Shown: positions 28,903 through 39,398 of the stretch, piece after piece
Layout: the number at the start of each line of letters is the position of its first letter
Position numbering within the stretch: the first letter of the stretch is position 1
Source of the DNA: Fidelibacterota bacterium TCS56
GTDB lineage: Bacteria; Fidelibacterota; Marinisomatia; Marinisomatales; TCS56
DNA length: 43,827 nucleotides
Direction of reading: 5' to 3'
Assembly (NCBI GenBank): GCA_001577055.1
Contig: LSCG01000004.1
Span: 1-43,827, forward strand
Notes under the pieces: model-generated
Seen by the model: only the letters and a program-made list of their open reading frames with translations
Told to the model about the DNA's origin: nothing
Database searches by the model: none
Program-made: the position numbers and the translations under genes

Positions 28903-28935
28903 AAAAAAAGGGTCTTGAAAAAGACCCTTTTTTTT
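28903..28935. terminator. Bidirectional intrinsic terminator
   Basis: A7-GGGTCTT-GAAA-AAGACCC-T8, between a convergent CDS and tRNA-Leu. Confidence 0.9.
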
Positions 28936-28936
28936 G

Positions 28937-29020
28937 TGCCGAGGGCCGGGATCGAACCGGCACTCCACGAATGGAACTGGTTTTTGAGACCAGCGCGTCT
29001 ACCAATTCCGCCACCCCGGC
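28937..29020 (-). tRNA. tRNA-Leu(CAA)
   Basis: Reverse complement GCCGGGGTGGCGGAATTGGTAGACGCG CTGGT-CTCAAAA-ACCAG, long variable arm, GGTTCGATCCC. Confidence 0.95.
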
Positions 29021-29112
29021 ATATTTTCCAAAAAACCAGTGCAAAAATTACGAGAATCTCTTAATATATTGTCAATATATTTGACTCAATTTCATTCAGT
29101 GGAGGAGCTATC

Positions 29113-30903
29113 GTGGAAATTCAAACCATACCTCAGTTATTTCTGCGCTCGGTAGAAAGTCTGCCCGATCATCCGGCCTATTATGATAAAATAGACGGCC
29201 AGTGGCAAGAAATTACCTTCGGCCAGGCCGGAGAGATTGTCGCTACCCTGGCGGCAGGCTTATCGGCCATCAATATTGCTAAAGATGATAAAGTCGCCAT
29301 TCTGGCAACCAATAATTCCAAGTGGAACCTCAGCGACTATGCCATTGCCGGTATCGGCGCCGCCACCGTCACTGTTTACCCGACCCTGATTGCGTCGCAA
29401 ATCAAGTATATCCTGGAAAACTCCGACTCACAGGCCATCTTTGTTGAGAATCAGGAACAATTCGATAAAGTCGATGAAATCCGCTACCAGCTTCCCAAGC
29501 TGAAATCAATCATCCAGATGGATCAGAAACAAATGGACGGCGACGATCTTTATGGATTTGACGAATTTCTGGAAAAGGGGCGCCAATACCAGCAGGATGA
29601 AGGATTTGATTTTAAAAAGATTTCTGAGAAGGTACATCCGGATGATCTATTGACCCTGATATACACCAGTGGAACAACCGGCGATCCGAAGGGCGTTATG
29701 TTGTCCCATCGCAATTTGGTATCCAATGTAACCAATGGGCGCAAGGCAATTTTGATCGGGCCGGAAGATTCCATGCTTTCCTTCCTGCCGTTGAGTCACA
29801 GTTTCGAACGGATGGTAGGCCATTTTTCCGCCTTTTCCGCTAACAGCACGGTCTATTTCGCCGAAGACCTGGATTCGGTCGCCGCCAATATGGTGGAAGT
29901 ACATCCCACAGTGGTAGTGGCCGTACCACGGTTCTTTGAAAAAGTCCACGGTCGTGTTCTGGAAAAGGTCAGTAATGATCCGGCTCTGCGTCAAAAGATC
30001 TTTAACTGGGCATTAAGCGTGGGACGTGACAGCGCCAAATACCTGACGCGCGGCAAAAAACCCACCGGTTTCCTGGCTGCCAAATTCGCCCTGGCCGATA
30101 AGCTGGTTTTTTCCAAGCTGAAGGAGCGCGTTGGTGGCAAATTGCGGTTCTTTGTCTCCGGGGGCGCCCCCTTGTCGAAGGAGATCGGTGAATTTTTTGC
30201 TTCGGCCAATATTCCCATTCTGGAAGGTTACGGCCTGACAGAGACCAGTCCGGTAATTACCGTTAATCGGGTGGAATTATTCAAATTCGGTACAGTCGGG
30301 TCAACCATTGAGGGCGTGGAAGCCAGGATTGCCGACGATGGTGAGATTCTGTGCCGTGGCGATAATGTGATGCAGGGTTATTATAAAAATCCTGAAGCCA
30401 CGGCCAAGGCGATTGACGCCGAGGGCTGGTTCCACACCGGTGATATCGGACATTTTGATGATGAAAATTATCTGATAATTACTGATCGCAAGAAAAACCT
30501 GTTAGTGACTTCCGGCGGCAAGAATATTGCCCCTTCACAACTGGAAAATGCCCTGCTGTTATCCAGATATATCGAACAGTGCATTGCCATTGGCGACCGA
30601 CGCAAATTTGTCAGCGCCCTGATTGTCCCATCCCAGGAAAATCTCACCTCCTGGGCTGAAGAGCAGGGATTGCCAGTGGATGATTACCCGGCATTACTGC
30701 AACAGACGACGGTTATGGAGCTGCTGGAAGGGGAGGTGGAACGGGCCATGGGACCCTTCGCCCGTTATGAAAAAGTGAAGAAAATTGCCTTGCTCCCCGA
30801 TCTGTGGACGATTTCCGGTGGTGAAATTACGCCGTCACTTAAAGTTAAAAGACGGGTGGTGGAAGATAAATATTCTGATCAAATTGAGGCGATCTATTCC
30901 TGA
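29113..30903 (+). CDS. Long-chain fatty acid--CoA ligase (AMP-binding)
   Basis: LIYTSGTTGDPKGVMLSH, FLPLSHSFER, EGYGLTETSP, GWFHTGDIG, ITDRKK. Confidence 0.93.
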   Translation: MEIQTIPQLFLRSVESLPDHPAYYDKIDGQWQEITFGQAGEIVATLAAGLSAINIAKDDKVAILATNNSKWNLSDYAIAGIGAATVTVYPTLIASQIKYILENSDSQAIFVENQEQFDKVDEIRYQLPKLKSIIQMDQKQMDGDDLYGFDEFLEKGRQYQQDEGFDFKKISEKVHPDDLLTLIYTSGTTGDPKGVMLSHRNLVSNVTNGRKAILIGPEDSMLSFLPLSHSFERMVGHFSAFSANSTVYFAEDLDSVAANMVEVHPTVVVAVPRFFEKVHGRVLEKVSNDPALRQKIFNWALSVGRDSAKYLTRGKKPTGFLAAKFALADKLVFSKLKERVGGKLRFFVSGGAPLSKEIGEFFASANIPILEGYGLTETSPVITVNRVELFKFGTVGSTIEGVEARIADDGEILCRGDNVMQGYYKNPEATAKAIDAEGWFHTGDIGHFDDENYLIITDRKKNLLVTSGGKNIAPSQLENALLLSRYIEQCIAIGDRRKFVSALIVPSQENLTSWAEEQGLPVDDYPALLQQTTVMELLEGEVERAMGPFARYEKVKKIALLPDLWTISGGEITPSLKVKRRVVEDKYSDQIEAIYS

Positions 30904-30905
30904 AT

Positions 30906-31925
30906 ATGACTGATACAAATTTAAATATCTCCGTGCTGGGTTGTGGATCCTGGGGTGGTACGGTAGCCCAGATGCTGGCCGAGACCGGGTACCCGGTCAC
31001 CGTTTGGCATAAATTTCCCGATGAACTGGCCGAGATGCAAGCCACTCGCCGTCATCCGTTTATCTCTGATTTGACCTTCGATTCCAAGATTGAATTCACC
31101 GGTGACCTGGGCACGGCTGTTACCGGATTCGATTATATCATTGTGGCCGTTCCCTCGCATATTGTCAGGGCGATCATGGGTGAAATCCGTTCGCTGGTGG
31201 ACCCTGAGGCCGTAATTGTTAACCTGGCCAAGGGTGTGGAGAATGACAGTCTGCTGACCATGAGTGCCGTGATCAGGGATGCCGGTGGCATCGAAGCCCG
31301 GCAGGTGGTAACGGTTTACGGTCCCAGTCATGCCGAAGAAGTGGCGCGCAGGGTGCCGACTACACTGGTGGCGGCCGGATCGGATCTGGCTGTGGCGGCC
31401 CAGGTTCAGCGGATATTTTCCAACCCCCGTATGCGGGTCTATACCAATGACGATATTCTGGGAGTTGAACTGGGTGGTTCCCTGAAAAATGTCATCGCTA
31501 TCGCCGCTGGTATCTGTGACGGTATAGGTTACGGCGATAACACCAAAGCGGCTCTGCTGACACGCGGTATTACCGAGATGACCCGTTTAGGGACCAAGAT
31601 GGGCGCCAGTCCCGAGACATTCGCCGGTTTGAGTGGAATCGGTGATTTAATAGTGACCTGTCTCAGTCGCCATAGCCGTAACCGGCATGTGGGTGAGGAA
31701 ATCGGCCGCGGGCGATCTTTGGATGAAATACTGAGCAAAATGAAAATGGTGGCAGAAGGAGTGAAGACCGCCACCTCGGTTCATCAATTACGGGAAAAAT
31801 ATGCCGTTGAGATGCCCATATCCGAAGCTATTTATAAAGTGTTATTTGCTGGTTTAAATCCCGAAGTTGCTGTCCGCAATTTGATGACCAGGGATTTGAA
31901 ACACGAATCAGATTTTATCGTGTAA
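30906..31925 (+). CDS. gpsA: NAD(P)H-dependent glycerol-3-phosphate dehydrogenase
   Basis: GCGSWG, AKG.E, GPSHAEEV, GGSLKNVIAIAAG, GDLIVTC.S.HSRNR. Confidence 0.97.
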   Translation: MTDTNLNISVLGCGSWGGTVAQMLAETGYPVTVWHKFPDELAEMQATRRHPFISDLTFDSKIEFTGDLGTAVTGFDYIIVAVPSHIVRAIMGEIRSLVDPEAVIVNLAKGVENDSLLTMSAVIRDAGGIEARQVVTVYGPSHAEEVARRVPTTLVAAGSDLAVAAQVQRIFSNPRMRVYTNDDILGVELGGSLKNVIAIAAGICDGIGYGDNTKAALLTRGITEMTRLGTKMGASPETFAGLSGIGDLIVTCLSRHSRNRHVGEEIGRGRSLDEILSKMKMVAEGVKTATSVHQLREKYAVEMPISEAIYKVLFAGLNPEVAVRNLMTRDLKHESDFIV

Positions 31926-31970
31926 TTTACTGTTTATCCTAATATCAATCTTGAATTAATTTCGTTGGCT

Positions 31971-32044
<74 letters not shown>

Positions 32045-32086
32045 CGGTTTTTTATCATTGTTTACAGGACGAAAACGGGAGTTTTA

Positions 32087-32776
32087 ATGCTTAAACCGAA
32101 GAAAAAGATTACCAGAAAAGAAATTAAACGCGATCCGCTGATTGAATCGACATACAAGGTGCAAAATTATATCAATGAAAATAAATCAATGCTGATCCGC
32201 CTCGGTACTGGTATTGTAGCGGTGATCGTTATCCTGATCTTGATCATTGGCAAAAATAATCGTACTAATGCCGAAATACAGACGGCCATGGGCAAGGCAG
32301 TAACAGCTTATGCCCGGAGTGATTTTGAAAATGCACAATTTCAATTCGAATACTTGATCGATCAGTATGGCAGTAATAAGCATGCACGCCAGGCTGGGTT
32401 TTACCTGGGGAAAATATTTCACGAGCAGGATAATGCTGAGTTGGCCCGTCGCTATTTGGAAGAATTCCTGAAAGTGGCTGAAATCGATATGCTGATCAGC
32501 GCCGCCCATATTATCCTGGCTGATATTGATCAGCGTGCCGGCAACCTGCCTCAGGCGATCAAGCATATGAAATCCGCGGTAAAATCCGCCGAAACCAACG
32601 CGAAGCAAGTACGAGCCAAGGTTGAATTGGCGCGATTGGAACTTATTGACAGCGATGTGGAAGCGGCGAAAAAACTGATTACCGGCATTCTGGAAGATGA
32701 AGAAATTCCACCCAATTTGAAACAACCGGCGGAGGAACTCTCCGGGCTGTTATTAGCGTCCGGTGCTCGACGATAA
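32087..32776 (+). CDS. Membrane-anchored TPR protein (YfgM-like)
   Basis: Basic N-terminus KKITRKEIKRD, one TM helix, TPR-like helices. ATG 32087 follows GGGAG. The ORF-track start overlaps the tRNA. Confidence 0.8.
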   Translation: MLKPKKKITRKEIKRDPLIESTYKVQNYINENKSMLIRLGTGIVAVIVILILIIGKNNRTNAEIQTAMGKAVTAYARSDFENAQFQFEYLIDQYGSNKHARQAGFYLGKIFHEQDNAELARRYLEEFLKVAEIDMLISAAHIILADIDQRAGNLPQAIKHMKSAVKSAETNAKQVRAKVELARLELIDSDVEAAKKLITGILEDEEIPPNLKQPAEELSGLLLASGARR

Positions 32777-32818
32777 TTGGCTTGATAAAGTAAATAAATA
32801 CAAGTAATATCAAGGCTG

Positions 32819-32850
32819 AAAAGTGGGTTGACAACGCCCACTTTTCGTTT
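32819..32850 (+). promoter_or_regulatory. rimP leader hairpin/attenuator
   Basis: AAAAGTGGG-TTGACAACG-CCCACTTTT-CGTTT, 15 nt before rimP. Resembles the widespread rimP leader. Confidence 0.65.
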
Positions 32851-32865
32851 ACTTGAGCTGCAAAT

Positions 32866-33306
32866 ATGGAATTGGAAAAACTGGTAAAAGAACTGGTAGC
32901 CACTGAAGAAGTGGTGGTCTTGGAAGTACGCGGTGACGGTATTAACTCACCGTTAAAAGTGATTGTAGATGCGGAAATACCGATCTCAATTGACCTGGTA
33001 ACCAGAATTACCAAACTGATTCGTGACAGCGCTGAAATGGAAACGGTTTTTCCCGACGGATTCCAGTTGGAGGTTTCTTCTCCCGGGATCGAAGCTCCGT
33101 TACAGTTTCCCTTTCAGTATCGAAAGAATATTGAGCGAAAATTGAAAGTAGCATTTTTTGAACAACAGGTTGAAAAGGAGATTACTGGCAAACTTACCCG
33201 TGTAGATGACGACGGGATTTTTTTGAACAGTCGCACGAAACAGAATTTGTTCATTGCGTTTGAGCGGATTCTGCGAGCTAAAACAATTATTTCCTTCAAA
33301 GGTTAG
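32866..33306 (+). CDS. rimP: Ribosome maturation factor RimP
   Basis: LEVSSPGIEAPL motif. Upstream of nusA. Confidence 0.9.
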   Translation: MELEKLVKELVATEEVVVLEVRGDGINSPLKVIVDAEIPISIDLVTRITKLIRDSAEMETVFPDGFQLEVSSPGIEAPLQFPFQYRKNIERKLKVAFFEQQVEKEITGKLTRVDDDGIFLNSRTKQNLFIAFERILRAKTIISFKG

Positions 33307-33317
33307 CGGAGGTTTCC

Positions 33318-34637
33318 TTGATTAACCGTGAGTTAATTGAAGTTTTTTCCGAGATTGCTCGGGAAAAAAATGTTGAGCGTTCAGAACTGGGTTCAATTAT
33401 CGAGCAATTGTTTCTATATATCATTGAAAAACAACGTGGTGATTCAGAGAATTGCAGTGTAATTGTCAATATTGACAAAGGCGAAATTGAGATTTATGCT
33501 GAAAAAACCATCGTGGAAAAAGTCGATGATCCCACCCATGAGATTTCCCTGGATGATGTCCGCCGCCTGGAACCGGATATTGCCGACCTGGATGTGGGGG
33601 ATGATTATATTGAGGTGATTGATCCTACCGTTTTCGGCCGCCGCCTGGTGGCAACTGCCAAGCAATTTTTTGCCCAGCGCATTCAGGATGTGGAGAAGAA
33701 ATATATCTACGAAGATTATAATCAGCGTGTGGGCGAGATTGTAATCGGCGCCGTCCATCAGGTCCAGAAGGATAATATTTTTATCAATATCGAACATGCC
33801 GAATTGCGCTTGCCGAAAAGGGAGCAAATTCCATCGGAACGCTACCGCCGCGGCGACACTGTACGAGCGATAATCAGATCAGTGGAAGTAACCGCCAAGG
33901 GTCCCGATATTGTCGTCTCACGCAGCAGCAATGAATTCCTGTACAAATTATTCGAAATGGAAGTGCCAGAGATTGAAGATGGCATCATCGAAATTACCAA
34001 GATATCCCGGCAACCGGGCGAACGGGCAAAAATTATTGTCAAATCGCAGGACCGGCGGATTGATGCCGTCGGCGCTTGTGTGGGGATGCGCGGCAGCCGA
34101 ATTCAAGCGATCGTGCGGGAATTGAATAACGAGAAAATTGACATTATCAACCATAGCGAACAGTCTGAGATATTGATCAGCCGGGCCCTGTCGCCGGCAA
34201 AACCCATGAATCTGTATATTGACGACGACCGCATGTATTGCGCCGCTATTTTTGGTAATGATGATTTGGATACGGCGATTGGAAAAGGTGGTGTTAATAT
34301 CAATCTGGCCGCCCGTGTCACCGGTTACCGTATCGATGCATACGGTAAAGACGAATATGAAAAACAGCAACGTGACCAAGGTACGGCGTTGTCGGAAATC
34401 CCCGATTTTGACAGTGACTTGACTGAGAAGCTGTCCGCGGTCAATATTAATACCGTTGCTGAAGCGCTGGCCGCCGATGAGGACCAATTCCTGGCTGCGG
34501 AAGGAGTTACGGCAGAACAAATAGATATCATCTATGATAGTATTCAGAATTTTATCGAAGGAACCACGGAGTCGGAGCAGGTTGAAGAAACCGCTGAAGA
34601 AATCGAAACCGACCAGGAAGCCGTCAGCGAAGATTAA
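33318..34637 (+). CDS. nusA: Transcription termination/antitermination factor NusA
   Basis: FGRR....AKQ, S1 domain, LFEMEVPEI, VGACVGMRGSRI, AIGKGGVNI. TTG start after GGAGG. Confidence 0.98.
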   Translation: MINRELIEVFSEIAREKNVERSELGSIIEQLFLYIIEKQRGDSENCSVIVNIDKGEIEIYAEKTIVEKVDDPTHEISLDDVRRLEPDIADLDVGDDYIEVIDPTVFGRRLVATAKQFFAQRIQDVEKKYIYEDYNQRVGEIVIGAVHQVQKDNIFINIEHAELRLPKREQIPSERYRRGDTVRAIIRSVEVTAKGPDIVVSRSSNEFLYKLFEMEVPEIEDGIIEITKISRQPGERAKIIVKSQDRRIDAVGACVGMRGSRIQAIVRELNNEKIDIINHSEQSEILISRALSPAKPMNLYIDDDRMYCAAIFGNDDLDTAIGKGGVNINLAARVTGYRIDAYGKDEYEKQQRDQGTALSEIPDFDSDLTEKLSAVNINTVAEALAADEDQFLAAEGVTAEQIDIIYDSIQNFIEGTTESEQVEETAEEIETDQEAVSED

Positions 34638-34651
34638 GGTGAATTGATTAT

Positions 34652-37183
34652 ATGGCCAAACGACCAATGCGAATTTTCCAGATAGCGAAGGAATTAAATA
34701 TCTCGCATCAGGAAATTATGACCTTCCTGAAAAATGATGGGATGGAGATATCCAGCCACATGTCGCCGGTGGATGATGAGGCATATCAGAAAATATTAGC
34801 CGAATTTGCCAAAGACAAAGAGGTGGTGGATCGCTATCGCAAGGACCAGGTGCGACGTGAAATTCATGAATCACGCCTGAAAGAAGAACAGCGCTCCGGG
34901 ATGAAGATCCTGTCGCTTGAAGAACAGCGCGCATTGGAAGAAGAAGAAAAGGTCAAGGCGCAGAAGGAAGCGGAAGCGGCACGCAAACGGGCTGAGGAAG
35001 AAGAAAAAGCGCGACTGGCAGAGGAAAAGCGCCAGCAGGAGGAAGAGCGAAAAGCCAAAGAGGCAGCCGAAGAAGCGGCCAAGCAAGCGGCGAAAGCAAA
35101 AGAAATTGGCAAAAAGCCCGGGAAGAAACCAATTGAAACCAAGAAAGCCGATAAATCCAAGGATACCACACCCAAGCCTGGTAAGAAACGCAAGCTGCGA
35201 AAGATCGACCTGTCAGAAATCGAATCGCAGATCGGCGTCAGTGGAGGCAAAGGCAAGGATAAGAAGGGTAAGGGCAAAAATAAATCCAAAACGGTTAATG
35301 CAAATGTAAAAGATGCCGTTCGACGTACACTGGCGGGAATCGACAGCAAATCCAAGAAGAAATCCTATTCTAAATCGCGCGGCGGCAAGCGTGGTGACGC
35401 CGAAGTGAGCGAAATCGATCAGATTCTGCAGATACCGGAATTCTCCAATGTGGAAGAATTATCAAAGATTTTTGAAGTACCACCCAGTGATATTATCCAG
35501 AAGTGTTTCGCATTGGGGGTGCTGGCTACGATCAATCAGCGATTGGATTGGGATACAATTGAGTTGCTGGCCAGTGATTACGGCTTTAAAGCCGAGCAAT
35601 TGACCGAGATCGGAGAGGATTTATTCTCGCTGGATACGACTGAGGAAGATTTTGAGAAAGCCCAATCGCGCTCACCGGTTGTGACGGTAATGGGGCATGT
35701 TGATCATGGAAAAACTTCGATCCTGGACTACATTCGCAAGACCAATGTGGTGGCGGGAGAATCGGGTGGAATTACCCAACACATCGGTGCCTATCAGGTA
35801 GAAACCGACGAGGGAAAAACGATCACCTTCCTGGATACGCCCGGTCACGAGGCCTTCACCGCCATGCGAGCCCGAGGCGCTCAGGTTACTGATATTGTGG
35901 TACTGGTGGTGGCGGCCAATGATGCGGTCATGCCGCAAACGGTTGAAGCCATCAATCATGCCCGGGCCGCCAATGTCCCGATTATTATTGCCATCAATAA
36001 GATTGATCTGGCCGGAGCCGATATTGATAAAGTCAAGCGTGAGCTGTCGGAAAAAGAAGTACTGGTGGAGGACTGGGGCGGAAAAGTCCAGGCTATACCA
36101 GTTTCGGCCAAGACCGGTGAAGGTCTGGAAGATTTACTTACAGCGATTGTGATGGAATCGGAACTGCTGGAACTGACAGCCAATTATGATACGCTGGCAC
36201 GGGGTACGATCGTGGAAGCCAGGCTGGATAAAGGACACGGACCCATTGCCACGCTGCTGATTCAAAAAGGTACTTTGCATGTAGGCGATCCCTTTATCTG
36301 CAATAATTATCCCGGCAAAGTACGCGCCATTATGGATGAGCGGGGCAAGCGCATTAAGGAAGCTGTTCCCTCGGATGCCGTCCAAATTCTGGGCTTCGAT
36401 CAGGTGCCCCAGGCGGCGGACATTTTTGCCACTGTAGAAAATGAACGTGACCTGAAACGGGTTGCCGCCGATCGTCAGCGGGTAAAACGTGAAATAGACC
36501 AGAAGAAGATTGCCACCCAGTCACTGGATGCCATCTCCGCCAAAATCAAAGAAGGCAGCATGAAGAACCTGCCATTGATTATCAAAGGTGACGTTGACGG
36601 ATCGGTAGAAGTGTTGGCCGAAACGCTGGAGAAATTGAATACGGAAGAAGTGGGGGTCCAGATAATCCATAAGGCTGTCGGCATGGTGATGGAGTCAGAT
36701 GTATTCCTGGCGGTAACCTCCGGTGCAGTCATCATTGGCTTTCAGGTTCAGGTGCATTCCAATGCGACATTATTGGCCAAGCAAGAAGGTATTGAAATTC
36801 GGGCCTATAGCATTATTTACAATGTTGTAGAGGATATACGTCTGGCACTTGAAGGTATGCTTGAGCCTGATTCAGTGGAAGAGGTTATTGGACGTGCCGC
36901 AGTTCAAGCAGTGTTTAAGATACCCAATCAAGGTTATATCGCCGGCTGCAAAGTAAATGAAGGATTGATTAAACGCAGCGCCAAAGCCCGCTTGATTCGT
37001 GATGGAGAGGTTATCAGCACCGGAACTATTTCTTCACTGAAAAGATTTAAGGACGATGTGAAAGAAATCAAAGAAGGCATGGAGTGCGGTATTGGGATTG
37101 ATTCGGTCTCAAAATACAAAGAGGGTGATGAAATCGAATCATTTGTGATCAAGAAAATAAAGCGAAAACTTGCAGCGAATTGA
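34652..37183 (+). CDS. infB: Translation initiation factor IF-2
   Basis: MGHVDHGKT, GGITQHIGAY, DTPGHEAF, NKID, SLKRFKDDV. Confidence 0.99.
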   Translation: MAKRPMRIFQIAKELNISHQEIMTFLKNDGMEISSHMSPVDDEAYQKILAEFAKDKEVVDRYRKDQVRREIHESRLKEEQRSGMKILSLEEQRALEEEEKVKAQKEAEAARKRAEEEEKARLAEEKRQQEEERKAKEAAEEAAKQAAKAKEIGKKPGKKPIETKKADKSKDTTPKPGKKRKLRKIDLSEIESQIGVSGGKGKDKKGKGKNKSKTVNANVKDAVRRTLAGIDSKSKKKSYSKSRGGKRGDAEVSEIDQILQIPEFSNVEELSKIFEVPPSDIIQKCFALGVLATINQRLDWDTIELLASDYGFKAEQLTEIGEDLFSLDTTEEDFEKAQSRSPVVTVMGHVDHGKTSILDYIRKTNVVAGESGGITQHIGAYQVETDEGKTITFLDTPGHEAFTAMRARGAQVTDIVVLVVAANDAVMPQTVEAINHARAANVPIIIAINKIDLAGADIDKVKRELSEKEVLVEDWGGKVQAIPVSAKTGEGLEDLLTAIVMESELLELTANYDTLARGTIVEARLDKGHGPIATLLIQKGTLHVGDPFICNNYPGKVRAIMDERGKRIKEAVPSDAVQILGFDQVPQAADIFATVENERDLKRVAADRQRVKREIDQKKIATQSLDAISAKIKEGSMKNLPLIIKGDVDGSVEVLAETLEKLNTEEVGVQIIHKAVGMVMESDVFLAVTSGAVIIGFQVQVHSNATLLAKQEGIEIRAYSIIYNVVEDIRLALEGMLEPDSVEEVIGRAAVQAVFKIPNQGYIAGCKVNEGLIKRSAKARLIRDGEVISTGTISSLKRFKDDVKEIKEGMECGIGIDSVSKYKEGDEIESFVIKKIKRKLAAN

Positions 37184-37560
37184 ACAACGAACCGTACAGA
37201 CGGCCCGATCGGGTCGCTCAGCAAATTCTTCAGATAATAGGTGAAATAGCAACCAAGTATATTGACCTGAGTTATCTGGGCTTTATTACTTTTTCAAAAG
37301 TTCTACTTTCTAACGACCTGAAGTATGCCAAAGTGTTTTACAGTGTTATCCAGCCGCGCTATTCGCAGGCTGAACTAAATGAAAAACTCAACCACCAGGC
37401 CAGTGTGTTTCGCAAGCATCTGGGAGCGGAAATGCGCATCAAGCATACACCGGAAATCAAGTTTATCCACGATGAGTCATTTGAATACGCTGAGAAAATG
37501 AACCGCCTGATTTCACAGGTAATCCACGACGACACCGCCGATGATACTGATGCTGAATAA
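37180..37560 (+). CDS. rbfA: Ribosome-binding factor A
   Basis: RPDRVAQQI, LSNDLKYAKVF, HTPEIKFIHDES. Confidence 0.95.
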   Translation: MNNEPYRRPDRVAQQILQIIGEIATKYIDLSYLGFITFSKVLLSNDLKYAKVFYSVIQPRYSQAELNEKLNHQASVFRKHLGAEMRIKHTPEIKFIHDESFEYAEKMNRLISQVIHDDTADDTDAE

Positions 37561-38194
37561 GCCGGCGGGTTGGACTTCCTTCGACGTGGTACGCAAAATT
37601 CGCAACGTAACAAGGGAGAAAAAGGTTGGCCACGGCGGGACCCTGGACCCCTTTGCCACGGGTCTGCTGATTCTGGGCACGGGCCGGGATACCAAACGAC
37701 TGTCAGCGATTACCCAGAGCCGGAAGACCTATGAAGCCCGCTTGTTATTGGGCAAAGCAACCGATACCATGGATTCCGAGGGTAAAATTGTGGAAACCGC
37801 TGACGTACCACCGTTAACAACCGATTCGATTACAGCAACCCTGAAAGCTTTCCACGGAATTCAGAAGCAAGTTCCGCCCATGTATTCGGCCAAAAAAATT
37901 GATGGTAAACGGCTGTACAAACTGGCACGGCAAAATATCGAGGTTGATCGTCCGGCCGTTGAGATTGAGGTCCACAAGATGGAATTAATGGCCTGGAATG
38001 ACCCGGTTCTGGATTTCCGTGTAACCAGCAGCAAGGGTACTTATATCCGCGTTCTGGGTGCCGATCTGGCGCGGGCCTTAGGTTCGGTAGGGCATCTAGT
38101 GGAATTAAAGCGGACTGCGATCGGTGATTATCAACTGGGGGATGCACTGACAATCGAAAAATTCATACAGCAATGGAAATCTACCGCAACATAG
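37541..38194 (+). CDS. truB: tRNA pseudouridine(55) synthase, short form without PUA domain
   Basis: NKPAGWTSFDVV, KVGHGGTLDPFATGLL, PPMYSA, SKGTYIR. Confidence 0.96.
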   Translation: MILMLNKPAGWTSFDVVRKIRNVTREKKVGHGGTLDPFATGLLILGTGRDTKRLSAITQSRKTYEARLLLGKATDTMDSEGKIVETADVPPLTTDSITATLKAFHGIQKQVPPMYSAKKIDGKRLYKLARQNIEVDRPAVEIEVHKMELMAWNDPVLDFRVTSSKGTYIRVLGADLARALGSVGHLVELKRTAIGDYQLGDALTIEKFIQQWKSTAT

Positions 38195-39111
38195 CCGAAT
38201 TACCGGGAAATACCGGCAGTTTCCTGACGATTGGATCTTTCGATGGGTTACATCGTGGTCATCAGGAAATTATCAAGAAAACTGTGTCATACGCCCAGGC
38301 CCAGGAACAGCAGTCAGTTGTAATTACCTTTGACCCCCACCCGCGCCATGTCTTAGGGAATACCGGCGACCCTCTGCCCTTAATCATGGGAATTGAACAA
38401 AAGATCGCCATCCTGGAGCAATTACAGGTGGATCAATTACTGATAATTCCCTTTACCTGTGAATTTTCGCAGATGACCGCCGCTGATTTTCTCGATGAAG
38501 TGGTAATCAAATATTTTGCCCCGCAGAAAGTGATTATCGGTTACGACCACCATTTTGGACATCGACGTGAAGGATCGCCTGAGTTCAGTCAGGGATTCCT
38601 GGAGCCGCGGGGCATCGATGTGGAAATCATTGCACCTTTCCGTGATGAAAACTTGATTATCTCCAGTACCCATATTCGCGAGCTGATCATGCAGGGATTT
38701 GTCCGTCGGGCATCTTTCGAGCTGGGCTGGGTTTATGGTTTCGAAGCCCAGGTGGTAAGCGGCGCCGGTCGGGGCCGGGAGTTAAATTATCCCACGGCCA
38801 ATTTTATTCCATTGGTAAAAAACCAGTTGCTGCCCGGCCCGGGGGTATATCTGACCCGTGGAAGACTTAATTCCAAAAATATCTATGGCATGTGTAACTT
38901 AGGTACTCGCCCGACCTTCGGGGAGGATATTTTTGTCATGGAAGTCCATTTTTTCGGTGAAAGTGACCACGATTTATACGGTACTCAAATCACGATCGAG
39001 TTTCTTGAAAGAATTCGCGATGAGCACAAATTCTCATCGCCAGCAGCTTTAATAAAACAATTGAACGAAGATAAAAAGTCATGTTTGTTATTGATTAGCA
39101 AATATAAATAG
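38173..39111 (+). CDS. ribF: Bifunctional riboflavin kinase/FAD synthetase
   Basis: IGSFDGLHRGHQ, TFDPHP, ISSTHIR, GRELNYPTAN, GTRPTF. Confidence 0.97.
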   Translation: MEIYRNIAELPGNTGSFLTIGSFDGLHRGHQEIIKKTVSYAQAQEQQSVVITFDPHPRHVLGNTGDPLPLIMGIEQKIAILEQLQVDQLLIIPFTCEFSQMTAADFLDEVVIKYFAPQKVIIGYDHHFGHRREGSPEFSQGFLEPRGIDVEIIAPFRDENLIISSTHIRELIMQGFVRRASFELGWVYGFEAQVVSGAGRGRELNYPTANFIPLVKNQLLPGPGVYLTRGRLNSKNIYGMCNLGTRPTFGEDIFVMEVHFFGESDHDLYGTQITIEFLERIRDEHKFSSPAALIKQLNEDKKSCLLLISKYK

Positions 39112-39119
39112 GAGTGACT

Positions 39120-39395
39120 ATGCCCCTTAGCAATGAGAAGAAAAAGGAATTGATTTCTAAATTTGGCAAGGACGAAAACGATACCGGTTCCGTTGAAGCA
39201 CAGATAGCGATGCTGACGCAGCGCATTCGTGACTTGACCGAACATGTGAAGACGCATAAAAAAGACAGCCATTCCCGGCGGGGACTGGTGATGTTGGTAG
39301 CCAAAAGAAGAAAATTGATTAAGTATTTAAGAAAAACAAATCAGCAGTCTTACGTGAATCTGCTGAAAGAATTGTCCATACGAGGTAATATTTAG
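39120..39395 (+). CDS. rpsO: 30S ribosomal protein S15
   Basis: DTGSVEAQIAMLT.RI..LTEH...HKKDSHSRRGL. Confidence 0.98.
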   Translation: MPLSNEKKKELISKFGKDENDTGSVEAQIAMLTQRIRDLTEHVKTHKKDSHSRRGLVMLVAKRRKLIKYLRKTNQQSYVNLLKELSIRGNI

Positions 39396-39398
39396 CAT

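Noticed and set aside
33948-34667. 239-aa minus-strand ORF
   Set aside because: Antisense shadow of nusA.
34917-35310. Low-complexity purine-rich stretch with overlapping ORFs
   Set aside because: This is the normal Glu/Lys/Ala-rich N-terminal region of IF-2.
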